A DNA stretch of 62,072 nt, counting the filler, from Chiloscyllium plagiosum (taxonomy: Eukaryota): assembly GCF_004010195.1 (NCBI RefSeq). It is 3 parts of one record of this genome, joined end to end, with 100 filler letters (N's around TTAATTAATTAA, not from the genome) between each part and the next. Parts side by side here need not be neighbours in the genome. Positions count along the whole stretch, not along the records: positions 31,645 to 58,079 come from NC_057710.1; positions 58,180 to 62,072 come from NC_057710.1; 1 more part is not named here. One strand, written 5' to 3'. The notes under the pieces are model-generated. The model was given only the letters and a program-made list of their open reading frames with translations, ran no database searches and had not been told where the DNA came from. A program made the position numbers and the translations under genes. Below are positions 52,313-62,072 of this stretch, in pieces (the first letter of the stretch is position 1; the number at the start of each line of letters is the position of its first letter).

Positions 52313-55099
52313 TTTCTTAAGACACTTTGACTTTATATAAAAACACACAGGATAATGATTCTGATTTAATGTTTGAGTTGGCTGTTTGTTACAACTTGCT
52401 CCATTCAGAAGTTGACTGTTGTAGTTCTATTAAATGAGATAAGCTAAACATGTCACGCTCATTCTTTTTACCTTTCTCTTTTTATTTAAGTTTTTTGTAA
52501 ATAGTGCCATCTTTCTTTTGTAAAAATTTGTTCTCTTCCCATCTAATTTCATAGGCCTGGGTTCTAATCACACCAGAGTCAGAAAACAATTCAAGATATT
52601 CCTCCTGTAGCATCTCAATTTCTTTTACTTTCACCAATGTTGCAACAACCTCAGAAAGGCTAATATTTGGAACCAACCAGGTCAAACCTCAAGACAAAAC
52701 CAATTCCTTCCACAGGGATTCCACCTATAAATACTCTCCTTGACAAGTCACTCTTTAATCCAAGTCCTTTAAATGAGTCCAGTTTATAACCTTCAAACAT
52801 CCTTTAGAGGACAAATTGTGTCATCATCAAACATCAGTTACTAACTTCCTCAAATATGTTTTTATGGTTTCCCTCCTAGATTGGAAGATTAAGGGAATAC
52901 CTCTCCTCGCTCAACAAAACCTTTAAGCCTTTTTATTTTGTTTTATTTTGTTGCCAGTGAAGGGATCATTTCTCCTTTGAAATAAAATATCCAAAACCTC
53001 AAGTGGTCTGATTCTCTTTAGCAAAAATCAGGGAAGTATTCTCTTGACAATCCTGAGCTAAATCCCTTTCCTAAACATTTCTGGGAGACATGCTTTATCT
53101 GGACCACTGTTATGGTTTAAACAGCAATTTCCTCTCCTGAAATAACCTTTTCTAAGGATTCCTTAGGCATTCATTCCTACTACTGCAATAAGTCACCCAT
53201 AACATTTCCAGCAATCAGCTTTCATATTTCAGGTCTTAATACAATGGAAGCATTTTATTTTCTTTACATCACTTTTAGGTTCTAGCCTTCCTCCTTTACT
53301 CTGTTGGGATTGTCTGTTAGCTCCCTAAGTCTAATGCCCTTTACAAAAATGGATTTTCTATTCTTCCAATTTTCTTATTAATTTACACATAGCCACTTTC
53401 CATATGTAACTGTCTGTGCGAGATATCAATGTTATTCATCAGAACTATCACTTCTCAGAACTTTTATACTTGACTTTTGTCTAAATAAACCTTAGGTGAT
53501 CACATTACTGTTTCAGAACTCTTTCATAATAATGATTTTCCTCATGTTATCAAAAGCTTACTGTAACTTCACAGATCAAAAGCACTAGTCCAGCAGCATT
53601 TGTCTCTCAAAGATCCTATGAATGTCTACTAGATTTTTTTCCGATAATCCTAAATTCTAATTGATAAGCTTCAGAGACAACTTGATAAGCATCGACTATT
53701 GCCCTGGTAACAGCTTCATAGTCTTTAGACTGCTCTTTCACCAGATTGGTTTGCACGTTCATAAATGCACTTATCAATTTACTCTGTAACATGAAGGTCC
53801 TAGTATCTTTTGACCACTTCAACTCCACAGCTATCTTTACAAATTGAAATATCTTTCAACTCCATCCTCTGTAAATTCAGACATTAAATGAAGATTTTTA
53901 GTTAAGTCGTTCAGTAGAATCAGAATCATTCCTTGAATTACTATCTCATACTTCTTTACTCTCATTTTTTTCTCTAGCTAAGTCATTTTATTTGAATTTT
54001 CTCAACTCTCTTCTGAATTCAAACTTTTAATTGCATTTCCCATTCCATTGCACTTTTTTTCTTGCCAATTTAAGCTTTCTTATTCCCAATTCTCTTTCTC
54101 ATTCTTCTCTCTTTTTATATCACTTTTCTTCCTTCATTTAAGTTTTATTTTCTTCATTTCTCTCTCCTCCAATTTTCTTTTTTTTTCAGTTGTCATTGAA
54201 TCTTAACTAATTTTAGCTGTTCAACATCACAATCAGTTTTCTTTTCTGTAAATTCTAAACTGATGATGGATTATCACTTTAATGATATCATCCTTACAAA
54301 TTCCTCATTTAATTACCACCTTCATTTTGTCCACTACCTCACTCACATTAACCTTTGACAAAAATTTCAAATAATCCACTGTTCATGTTGTACTTACAGT
54401 AAGATCTTAGAAACCATTAAAAGTATTTTAAAAGTCCAACCTGTGTAATATACTTCATGGCAACCTATGCCCAGTACCTCCATGTTTCTTTAAAGATACA
54501 CAGAAATCTCGAAAATTCAAGGAATTTCAATGTCAGATGAGTACCCATTTTGTCACAGTCACTGCTGATGTTAATACTGGACAAATCAGAACCCAGAGCA
54601 AAACTTGTTGAATGAGATTCTAACTATGTTATTTTTAACAATGGGGGACATTTACTGAACACATTGACATGAGTCTGCCAGTGTACTTTTAAGTTAAGAT
54701 TACAAGAATTCTCGAGACATAAAACACTCTTCAGATAGTTGTTTCCTCTGCATCCTCAGATCTACACTCAGTACCACATGCATAACCTCAACCTTTCTGT
54801 CCATGAGCACTGTCTCACGCTACATCAAAGCTGCTGCAATCCCAAATTCCATTTTATTCTTTCATTCGGGGCTTTAACAAGAAACATTTTTTTTCTTCAT
54901 TTCAGGTATTAAGGAACAATTCTGAAGAAGTCAATCCAGATATGAAATATTAACTCTTGCTCTTTCCACAGATTCTGCCAGACATGCTGAGTCTCTTCAG
55001 CATTCTATCTGTTTGTTTCAGATTTCCAGCATCCACCAATTTTTTTTTTATGTTAGTTGTGATTTGATTGTAGGACTGAATCAAAGGTTGAATGTTCCA

Positions 55100-55445
55100 A
55101 GTGTAATATTAACACAAAAATCAAGATTGACACTCCAGTGCAATAAGGAGAATTGCACAATTAGAGATGCCAGAGTTTGGTTTGGCATTAAATTGAGGCC
55201 TAAATTGCTCTTTCAAATATTTCATGGTATTATTTTGAAGAGACATTATCCATGGTGACCTGGCCAATATTCATTTTTTAATCAATAACGCCAAAACAGA
55301 TAATCTGGTAATTATCACATTTCTGTTGGTGAAACCTTGCTGAACACTTTTTGTCTGTCATGGTTCCAAATTTAAAACAGTGACTATACAAAGTACTGCA
55401 CAGTCGAAAAAATACTTTGAGACACTGCTGGTCGTGAAAGGCATC
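55100..55445 (+). mobile_element. Old Deu-domain SINE (SacSINE1/AmnSINE-like)
   Basis: tgacactccagtgca, cctggccaatatt, aaacagataatctggtaattatcacatt and acagtgactata...gtcgtgaaaggc match my recollection of the DeuSINE consensus. Confidence 0.55.
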
Positions 55446-56204
55446 ATTGTCATGTCCAAGCATATTGTGAGCTTCAAACTAATTGGTATATCCTTAAAAC
55501 TGTTCACAAAGGCTGTAAGAAGAGATCATCTGACTTCTTTTGTGCATTAAACGCTTCCGAGTCCCCAGAGAAAATTAAAGGAACCATCCAGTTTGATGCT
55601 AACTCAATGTCTTTTACTCAAAGGCATTCAAAAGGGTAATTTCAAACTGAAAGGCTCATTCAGATATGCAGATCCTGGTTGTCTCAAACTCCAAAGGTAC
55701 AAATGCCCAAGCACTGGATGTCTAATCAACCTAACAATCGTCCTTACTTGGAAAAGGACTTTGAACTAGTGGATTACAGATGGTGATATGGTTATGCCCT
55801 TTGATAAAACAAAGAACCGAAGTTGATTGAAATTTGAAAGCAGAAATTGTTAGAGAAATTCAGCAGGTTTGGCAGCATCTGTAAGAGAAAGCAAAGTTAA
55901 CATTTCAAGTCCAGAGAATGGTCTGGCTCTTTTTTTGCTTTTAAAAATAATAGCAGGAAGCTGCTTAGAGACAGAGTTCCATCAGAAAGTCATCAAATCA
56001 GCAGTAAGTCACAAAGCTAGTTCAAGTGTACTGCAACTATATAAACTGCTGGTGAGACCACATCTGGTGTACTGACAGCAGTTTTGTTTCCCTTATTTAA
56101 GCAAAGCTATTTCTTTGCAGGCAGTTCAGAGAAGGTCACGAGGATGATCCATGGTATGGAGGGATTGTTTTATTTGTAAAGGTCAAAAAGATTGGGATTT
56201 TACT

Positions 56205-56712
56205 CACTGAGAAATTCACCTATACTTCCACAAATGTTATCTACTGTATCCGTTGCACCCGATGTGGTCTCTTCTACATCGGGAAGACAAGACACCAACT
56301 TGTGGTTCATTTCAGAGAATATCTCTGGGACACCCGCACCAACGAACCTCACTGCCCTGTGGCTGAACATCTCAATTCCCCCTTCCACTCAACCAAGGAC
56401 ATGCAGGTCCTGGGCCTTCTCCATCGCCAAACCCTAATCACCTGACGCCTGGAGGAAGAACGCCTCATCTTCTGCCTTGGGACCCTGCAACCAGACAGGA
56501 TCAATGTGGATTTCACCAGTTTCCTTGTTTTCCCCACCCCCCACTTTATCCCAGTCCCAAACCTCCAACTCAGCAACACTCTCTTGACCTGTCCATTGTC
56601 TTTCCCATCTATCCACTCCTCTCCTGCTCCTCGGATACTGCCTGACCTGCTATGCTTTTCCAGCATCACACTCTCATCTCTGATCTCCAGCACCTGCAAT
56701 CCTCACTTTTGC
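56205..56712 (+). mobile_element. PLE GIY-YIG 3' fragment
   Basis: NVIYCIRCTRCGLFYIGKT...DMQVLGLLH...LEEERLIFCLGTLQP. Confidence 0.85.
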
Positions 56713-57767
56713 TCCCTGTCTATATGTGATGCAAATTTCAAAGAATCATGTACCTGCACCTCTAGAACAGAGGCACCTACAACACTACCCAAGGTCCTAC
56801 CATTAATTATATAAGCCCTACCCTTGTTTGTTGCACCAAAATGCAATATCTCACGTTTATCCAGATTGAATACTACCTGCCATTTTTCAGCCTATTGACC
56901 CATTTGATCAAGATTCCTTTATAATCTTAGAAAACCTTCTTCACTGCCTACAATGCCACCAAATTTAGAGTCATCCACAAACTTACTAACTATGCCTTTT
57001 ATAGTCTGAAAAGCAATGATCCTACTGAATAGCAGAGCAGGCTCAATGCACTAAATGGTCTACTCCTATTTCTTATGTCTTTAAAGTAGACAATGTAATA
57101 AACATCAATTATGAATGGAAGGACCCTCCCCAAACTGTCCCAATGTTGAATTTATGAGTTTCTAGGAAATTTGGCTGCAAGTAACATTTCAGATTAATGA
57201 GAATACAGTACTTTTCCAGATTGTAAATTCATCTGAAACATTGATTCATTTAAGGAATTACAGGTCTGTCACAAAAAAGCATGGACAATTATAAAAATAT
57301 ATTTTATTTTGTCTGTATTGAATCTTTGCTTGTATGAATCAAATGATTTAGATGTTGCATTTTCTAAACATCTGAGGGTACCCACTTTTGACTTAAAACA
57401 TACAAGAAAGCTTGCTGTTGCAGTTACTTATATTGCGGCAACCACACTGAGGGTAAAAAAACACATACCTCACATATAAACACACTGACCATAGCAGTAA
57501 GAAAGTCTAAAATCTGACCCTGACATTAGAGAAGTGACCTTCTTTCCTTTATGACTGTAAATTCTGACATAATCATTAGTTTTGCTTTACATTTTATTTT
57601 GTCCTCATGATAGATTTAGACAGTGAAACACTCCAAAGATACAGGAATTGGTGTAGGCCATTTCACCCTTCAAGCCTATTCTACTACTCATTTAGATCAA
57701 TGTTGATGAACCTCATCTCTATTGTTCCAAAGCTCATAAGGTTACCTAACAAAAAACTATCAATTCT

Positions 57768-58079
57768 GGATCAGTGGTGCTGGAAGAGCACAGCAATTCA
57801 GGCAGCATCCGAGAAGCTTCGAAATCGACGTTTCGGGCAAAAGCCCTTCATCAGGAATAAAGGCAGAGAGCCTGAAGCGTGGAGAGATAAGCTAGAGGAG
57901 GGTGGGGGTGGGGATAGAGTAGCATAGAGTACAATAGGTCAGTGGGGGAAGAGATGGTAGCGGGTTTGTTTCAGGTCATGGTTGAAGAGCTTCAGGGCAG
58001 AGGAAATGACCTGGGATTTGCAGTGGGAGAGAGACACCCTGAGATTCTTGTAGAGAGAGGAGGAAAACTTCTTCAAGGC
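57768..58079 (-). mobile_element. PLE terminal fragment with an intact-core hammerhead motif
   Basis: Minus strand 57827-57854: CTGATGA-a-gggc-tttt-gccc-GAAA-CGTC. Confidence 0.75.
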
Positions 58080-58179
58080 NNNNNNNNNNNNNNNNNNNNN
58101 NNNNNNNNNNNNNNNNNNNNNNNTTAATTAATTAANNNNNNNNNNNNNNNNNNNNNNNNNNNNNNNNNNNNNNNNNNNN

Positions 58180-59220
58180 TTCCCTGGGGTCAGGGAGTCC
58201 AGAACTAGAGGGCATAGGTTTAGGGTGAGAGGGGAAAGATATAAAAGAGACCTAAGAAGCAACGTTTTCACTCAGAGGGTTGTACGTGTATGGAATGAGC
58301 TGCCAGAGGATGTGGTGGAGGCTGGTATAATTGCAACATTTATGAGGCATTTGGATGGGTATATGAATAGGAAGGGTTTGGAGGGATATGGGCTGGGTGC
58401 TAGCAGGTGGGAATAGATTGAGTTGGGATATCTGGTCGGCATGAACAGGTTGGACCGAAGGATCTGTTTCCATGCTGTACATCTCTATGACTCTATGACT
58501 CTACAAAAGGATCTGGGAGCGCTAGTCCAGGATTCTCTAAAGGTTGACTTGCAGGTTGATCTTGTCATTAAGAAAGCAAATGTAATGTTGTCATTTATCT
58601 CAAGAAGGTTGGAATATAAAAGCAGCGGTGTGCTACTGAGACTCTATAAAGCTCTAGTTAGGCCTCATTTAGAATACTGTGTCCAGTTTTGAGACCCACA
58701 CTTCAGGAAGAACATACTGGCACTGGAGCGTAAGCAGCAGAGATTCACACAGATGATCCCTGGAATGGTAGACCTAACATTCGATGTATGGCTGAGGATC
58801 CTGGGATTTTATTAATTAGAGTTTAGAAGGTTGAGGGGAGATCTAATAGAAACTTACAAGATAATACGTGGCTTAGAAAGGGTGGACACTGGGAATTTGT
58901 TTTTGTCAGGCGGGGATACTAAGATCCGTGGGCACAGCCTTAGAATTAGAAGGGGGTCAATTTAAAATGGAAATGAGGAGACATTTCTTCAGCCAGAGAT
59001 TGTTGGGGCCTGTGGAATTCATTGCCACGGAGCGCAGTGGAGGCCCGGACGTTAAATGTCTTCAAGCGGAGATTGATAAATTCTTAATCTCACAAGGAAT
59101 TAAGGGATACGGGGAGAGTGCGGGTAAGTGGCGTTGAAATGCCCATCAGCCATGATTGAATGGCGGAGTGGACTCAATGGGGCAAATGGCCTTACTTCCG
59201 CTCCCATGTCTTATAGTCTA
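58180..59220 (+). mobile_element. Two adjacent CR1-type LINE 3' ends
   Basis: First ends (ctctatga)x2 at about 58503; second has LYKALVRPHLEYCVQF and LRGDLIETYK with a different tail. Confidence 0.85.
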
Positions 59221-59331
59221 AGAACAGAGATTTTGCATTCTGCAACATCCCCATCTGAGGCACAGTGAGAGCTATGTAAACAGAGCTTGCTTGATCTTTT
59301 ATTTTCGAGAGGTCGTTTCACAATCCACAAT

Positions 59332-59630
59332 GGGCAGCATGGTGGCACTGTGGTTAGCACTGCTGCCTCACAGCGCCAGAGACCCGGGTTCAATTCCCGC
59401 CTCAGGCGACTGACTGTGTGGAGTTTGCACATTCTCCCTGTGTCTGCGTGGGTTTCCTCCCACAGTCCAAAGATGTGCAGGTCAGGTGAATTGGCCATGC
59501 TAAATTGCCCGTAGTGTTAGGTAAGGGGTAAATGTAGGGGTATGGGTGGGTTGCGCTTCGGCGGGTCGGTGTGGATTTGTTGGGCCGAAGGGCCTGTTTC
59601 CACACTGTAATTAATCTAATCTAATCTAAT
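59332..59630 (+). mobile_element. HE1-type tRNA-derived SINE (young)
   Basis: A box tggcactgtgg, B box ggttcaattcc, (ctaat)n tail. Confidence 0.9.
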
Positions 59631-60119
59631 GTTCCCCAATAAGTTCAATCAGCAAACCGATCTTAACATTCATCACTCTAGACCATGGCTTTCTCTGAGC
59701 TAGTGATACCATTCCAAGACTTTTAGATGATCTCCGGATTATTTATTTTATCTTCAAAGTCGAATTTGAATGCTCAGGAAACCTTGCTTTTATAAATGTC
59801 AAAGTTCAAGTGTTGACAGCAGGCCAGCTATTTAATGATTTCTTCTTGAAAGTAATCATTACTTATAATAATAAAAAGAAAATTCAAAGTGCTGAAGTAG
59901 TTAGTATTTTGATAAGCATCTTACAATAATTACAATTGTCTTGGTCTTTAATAAATATTCTTTACATATTTTATAACTTGAGATATTTATTGATAAATAT
60001 CTACAAATATTTGTCTCAGGCAGTTTGAAACTGTGAACAGTTTGATAGCAGTAAGCAATTGTGCTTTAGAGGTTGTGTTATGGCTCATGGTCAGTATCTC
60101 AGTATATGTTTCAGAGAAA

Positions 60120-60325
60120 AAAACAAAAGAACTGCAGATGCTGCAATCTGAAACAAACACTGAAATTGCTGAAAACTTTCAGTAGGTCTGACAGCATCTG
60201 TTGACAGAAGTCAGAATTAACATTCTGGATTCACTGAACCTTCCTCAGAACAGCATCTGAGTAAAGGTCACTGGACCCAAAACGTTAACTCTGATTTCTC
60301 TCTACAGATGCTGCCAGACCTGGTG
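60120..60325. mobile_element. Old palindromic PLE-derived element with decayed hammerhead remnants
   Basis: Inverted arms (aggtctgacagcatctgt / acagatgctgccagacct) around a centre at about 60250; ctgagtaa...aaaacgtt remnant. Confidence 0.5.
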
Positions 60326-61109
60326 GGATATGTTTAAGAGACATGGACATGATATCGTCACTATGTGACCTGAGTGTATAAAGGTTTCATGGCCCACCTT
60401 ACCTCAGGTCACTTGAAATATGGCATGTTATTGGATGTATGCTCCTCTGTTGTAAAATAATAGCTCATTGCTAAGCCAGGTACTTATGTACTTGAAGAAT
60501 GTCATGTTTGTATATTATAATTAGCTACAATAAATGATTGTTGGAGTCTCAATACCAGAGCAACCATGCCCAGTTTCTTATGTTACAGGAGAAAAAATAA
60601 TCATTACCTTATCGGTTTAATTCACACATTTGTAGCAGTAGTGACTATTTACAGAAGTCTCCAGCATCTTAGTGGCAATATTATCAAGTCTAGTTGTCAA
60701 CTAACCACACGACGGCTTTGGAAATATAGAAGTCAGATAAAGGGAGAGTTCCTCACACTTAAACAACATCAGTTTCTGTCTCTTCATGGCATTAACTATG
60801 AAGAGAACAGTTATCTTTGATTAGTCTGTAAGTTGTTCTTTTAAGATAAAATAAATATCCAAGATTGTTTCAATTAGAGGAAAAAAAATGATAAAAGGCT
60901 GAAAGGCACTCTCAAGGTGAGATACTCTTGATGCTGGGAAATCCAGAAGCTGCGGTTAAAATGCTCTGTTCTTAGAAATTGATTTGTAATGGTTTCTCAG
61001 AATAGCAGCTGCAAGATCTGTGTTCTTAAAGAAAGGAAGTTTTAACTTATATTGACAGTAAGTCAGGAACACACAGTTAAGGGTGATACAATCCAACTTG
61101 TTAAGGCAG

Positions 61110-61335
61110 AATCCCGTCTAGCAAAAAACCTCATTAGGGATTGGACATCTGGTGACAGTCTTGCTGAATTACAAGTGTTTCAAACAATTGATGATCCCAA
61201 TGAAAGAGTTCTACAAATTTTGTTTGCAATTGGCAAGGAGGGGCTTCATAGGATTAACACATCCTGTCCTTTCATGGATGACCAGAAATATGCAGAAAAG
61301 ACCTGGGATGCTCTCAAAGAACAAAGAATTACCAT
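61110..61335 (+). mobile_element. Possible Gypsy gag N-terminal remnant
   Basis: DWTS...ILFAIGKEGLHRINTS...DQK...KTWDALKEQ resembles Gypsy gag N-termini; recognised by eye only. Confidence 0.4.
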
Positions 61336-61344
61336 AAGATTAAT

Positions 61345-62072
61345 TGGGCTGAAAATGTGTTGCTGGAAAAGCGCAGCAGGTCAGGCAGCATCCAAGGAAC
61401 AGGAGANNNNNNNNNNNNNNNNNNNNNNNNNNNNNNNNNNNNNNNNNNNNNNNNNNNNNNNNNNNNNNNNNNNNNNNNGGGAGGCCAAGGTGAGGGTGAT
61501 AGGCCGGTGTGGGGTGGGGGCGGAGAGGTCAAGAAGATGATTGCAGGTTAGGAGCTGAGTTCAAGGGATTTGACTGAGACAAGGTGGGGGGAGGGGAAAT
61601 GAGGAAACTGGAGAAATCCGAGTTCATCCCTTGTGGTTGGAGGGTTCCCAGGCAGAAGATGAGGCGCTCTTCCTCCAAACGTCGCGTTGCCATGGTCTGG
61701 CGATAGAGGAGTCCAAGGACCTGCATGTCCTTGGTGGAGTGGGAGGGGGAGTTAAAGTGTTGGGCTACGGGGTGGTTGGGTTGGTTGGTCCGGGTGTCCC
61801 AGAGGTGTTCTCTGAAATGTTCCGCAAGTAGGCAGCCTGTCTCCCCAATATAAAGGAGGCCACATCGGGTGCAACGGATGCAATAGATGATGTGTGTGGA
61901 GGTGCAGGAGAATTTGTGGCGGATATGGAGGTGTCCGCGAGCTGGCGTTTAGCCTCAGCGGTGTAAAGGTCGGTGCGCCAAACTACTACCGCGCCTCCCT
62001 TGTCTGCTGGTTTGATAGTGAGGTTGGGGTTGGAACGGAGGGAGTGGAGGGCTGCACGTTCCGAGGGTGAGA
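61345..62072 (-). mobile_element. Penelope-like element with the RT core deleted
   Basis: LRSNPNLTIKPADKGGAVVVWRTDLY joined at about 61930 to HIRHKFSCTSTHIIYCIRCTRCGLLYIGETG (GIY-YIG) and LEEERLIFCLGTLQP. Confidence 0.85.

Larger units (their letters stand above)
42520..54700 (-). mobile_element. Gmr1-like Gypsy LTR retrotransposon, decayed and split by nested CR1, ERV2 and PLE insertions
   Basis: Minus strand, 5' to 3': LTR edge plus degenerate tRNA-Pro-like PBS (aaatgggtactcatc, about 54537-54551); gag LQSKL...DYEAVTRAIVDAYQVVSEAYQLEFR (53616-53828); integrase VAHYIQMTGH*DIKKT...FYCTGLFKDM and RFSEAMPL (44700-45000); RNase H-like remnant at about 42630. Confidence 0.6.

Noticed and set aside
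59332..59410. tRNA genes at SINE heads (also near 11975, 18633, 25800, 39200, 40002)
   Set aside because: They have A and B boxes but continue into a shared SINE body and lack a complete cloverleaf.
60560..60830. Possible minus-strand exon with splice-like ends
   Set aside because: All three minus frames contain stops and there is no protein similarity.

Overview
Eukaryotic, repeat-rich DNA, very probably from a shark or other elasmobranch, judged from HE1-type tRNA-SINEs, CR1/HER1-type LINEs and a Deu-domain SINE. One host gene is supported: a five-exon cholecystokinin A receptor (CCKAR, + strand, CDS 8854-21520, 425 aa, all introns GT-AG). The rest is mostly decayed mobile DNA: two partial endogenous retroviruses (133-3216 and about 45091-51216), a Gmr1-like Gypsy element split by nested insertions, many CR1 LINEs and SINEs, Penelope-like elements (PLEs) and a 27-bp minisatellite. 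Highlights: (1) a domain with two HxT motifs, resembling a 2H-phosphoesterase, just upstream of RT in the second ERV; (2) about a dozen PLE-type minimal hammerhead ribozyme motifs, including a TSD-flanked non-coding element with two same-strand copies 659 nt apart (retrozyme-like) and sense copies in CCKAR intron 4 and the 3' UTR; (3) an 87-nt, in-frame, stop-free intron 1 in CCKAR. All calls are by eye with no database searches, and repeat boundaries are approximate unless a TSD fixes them.
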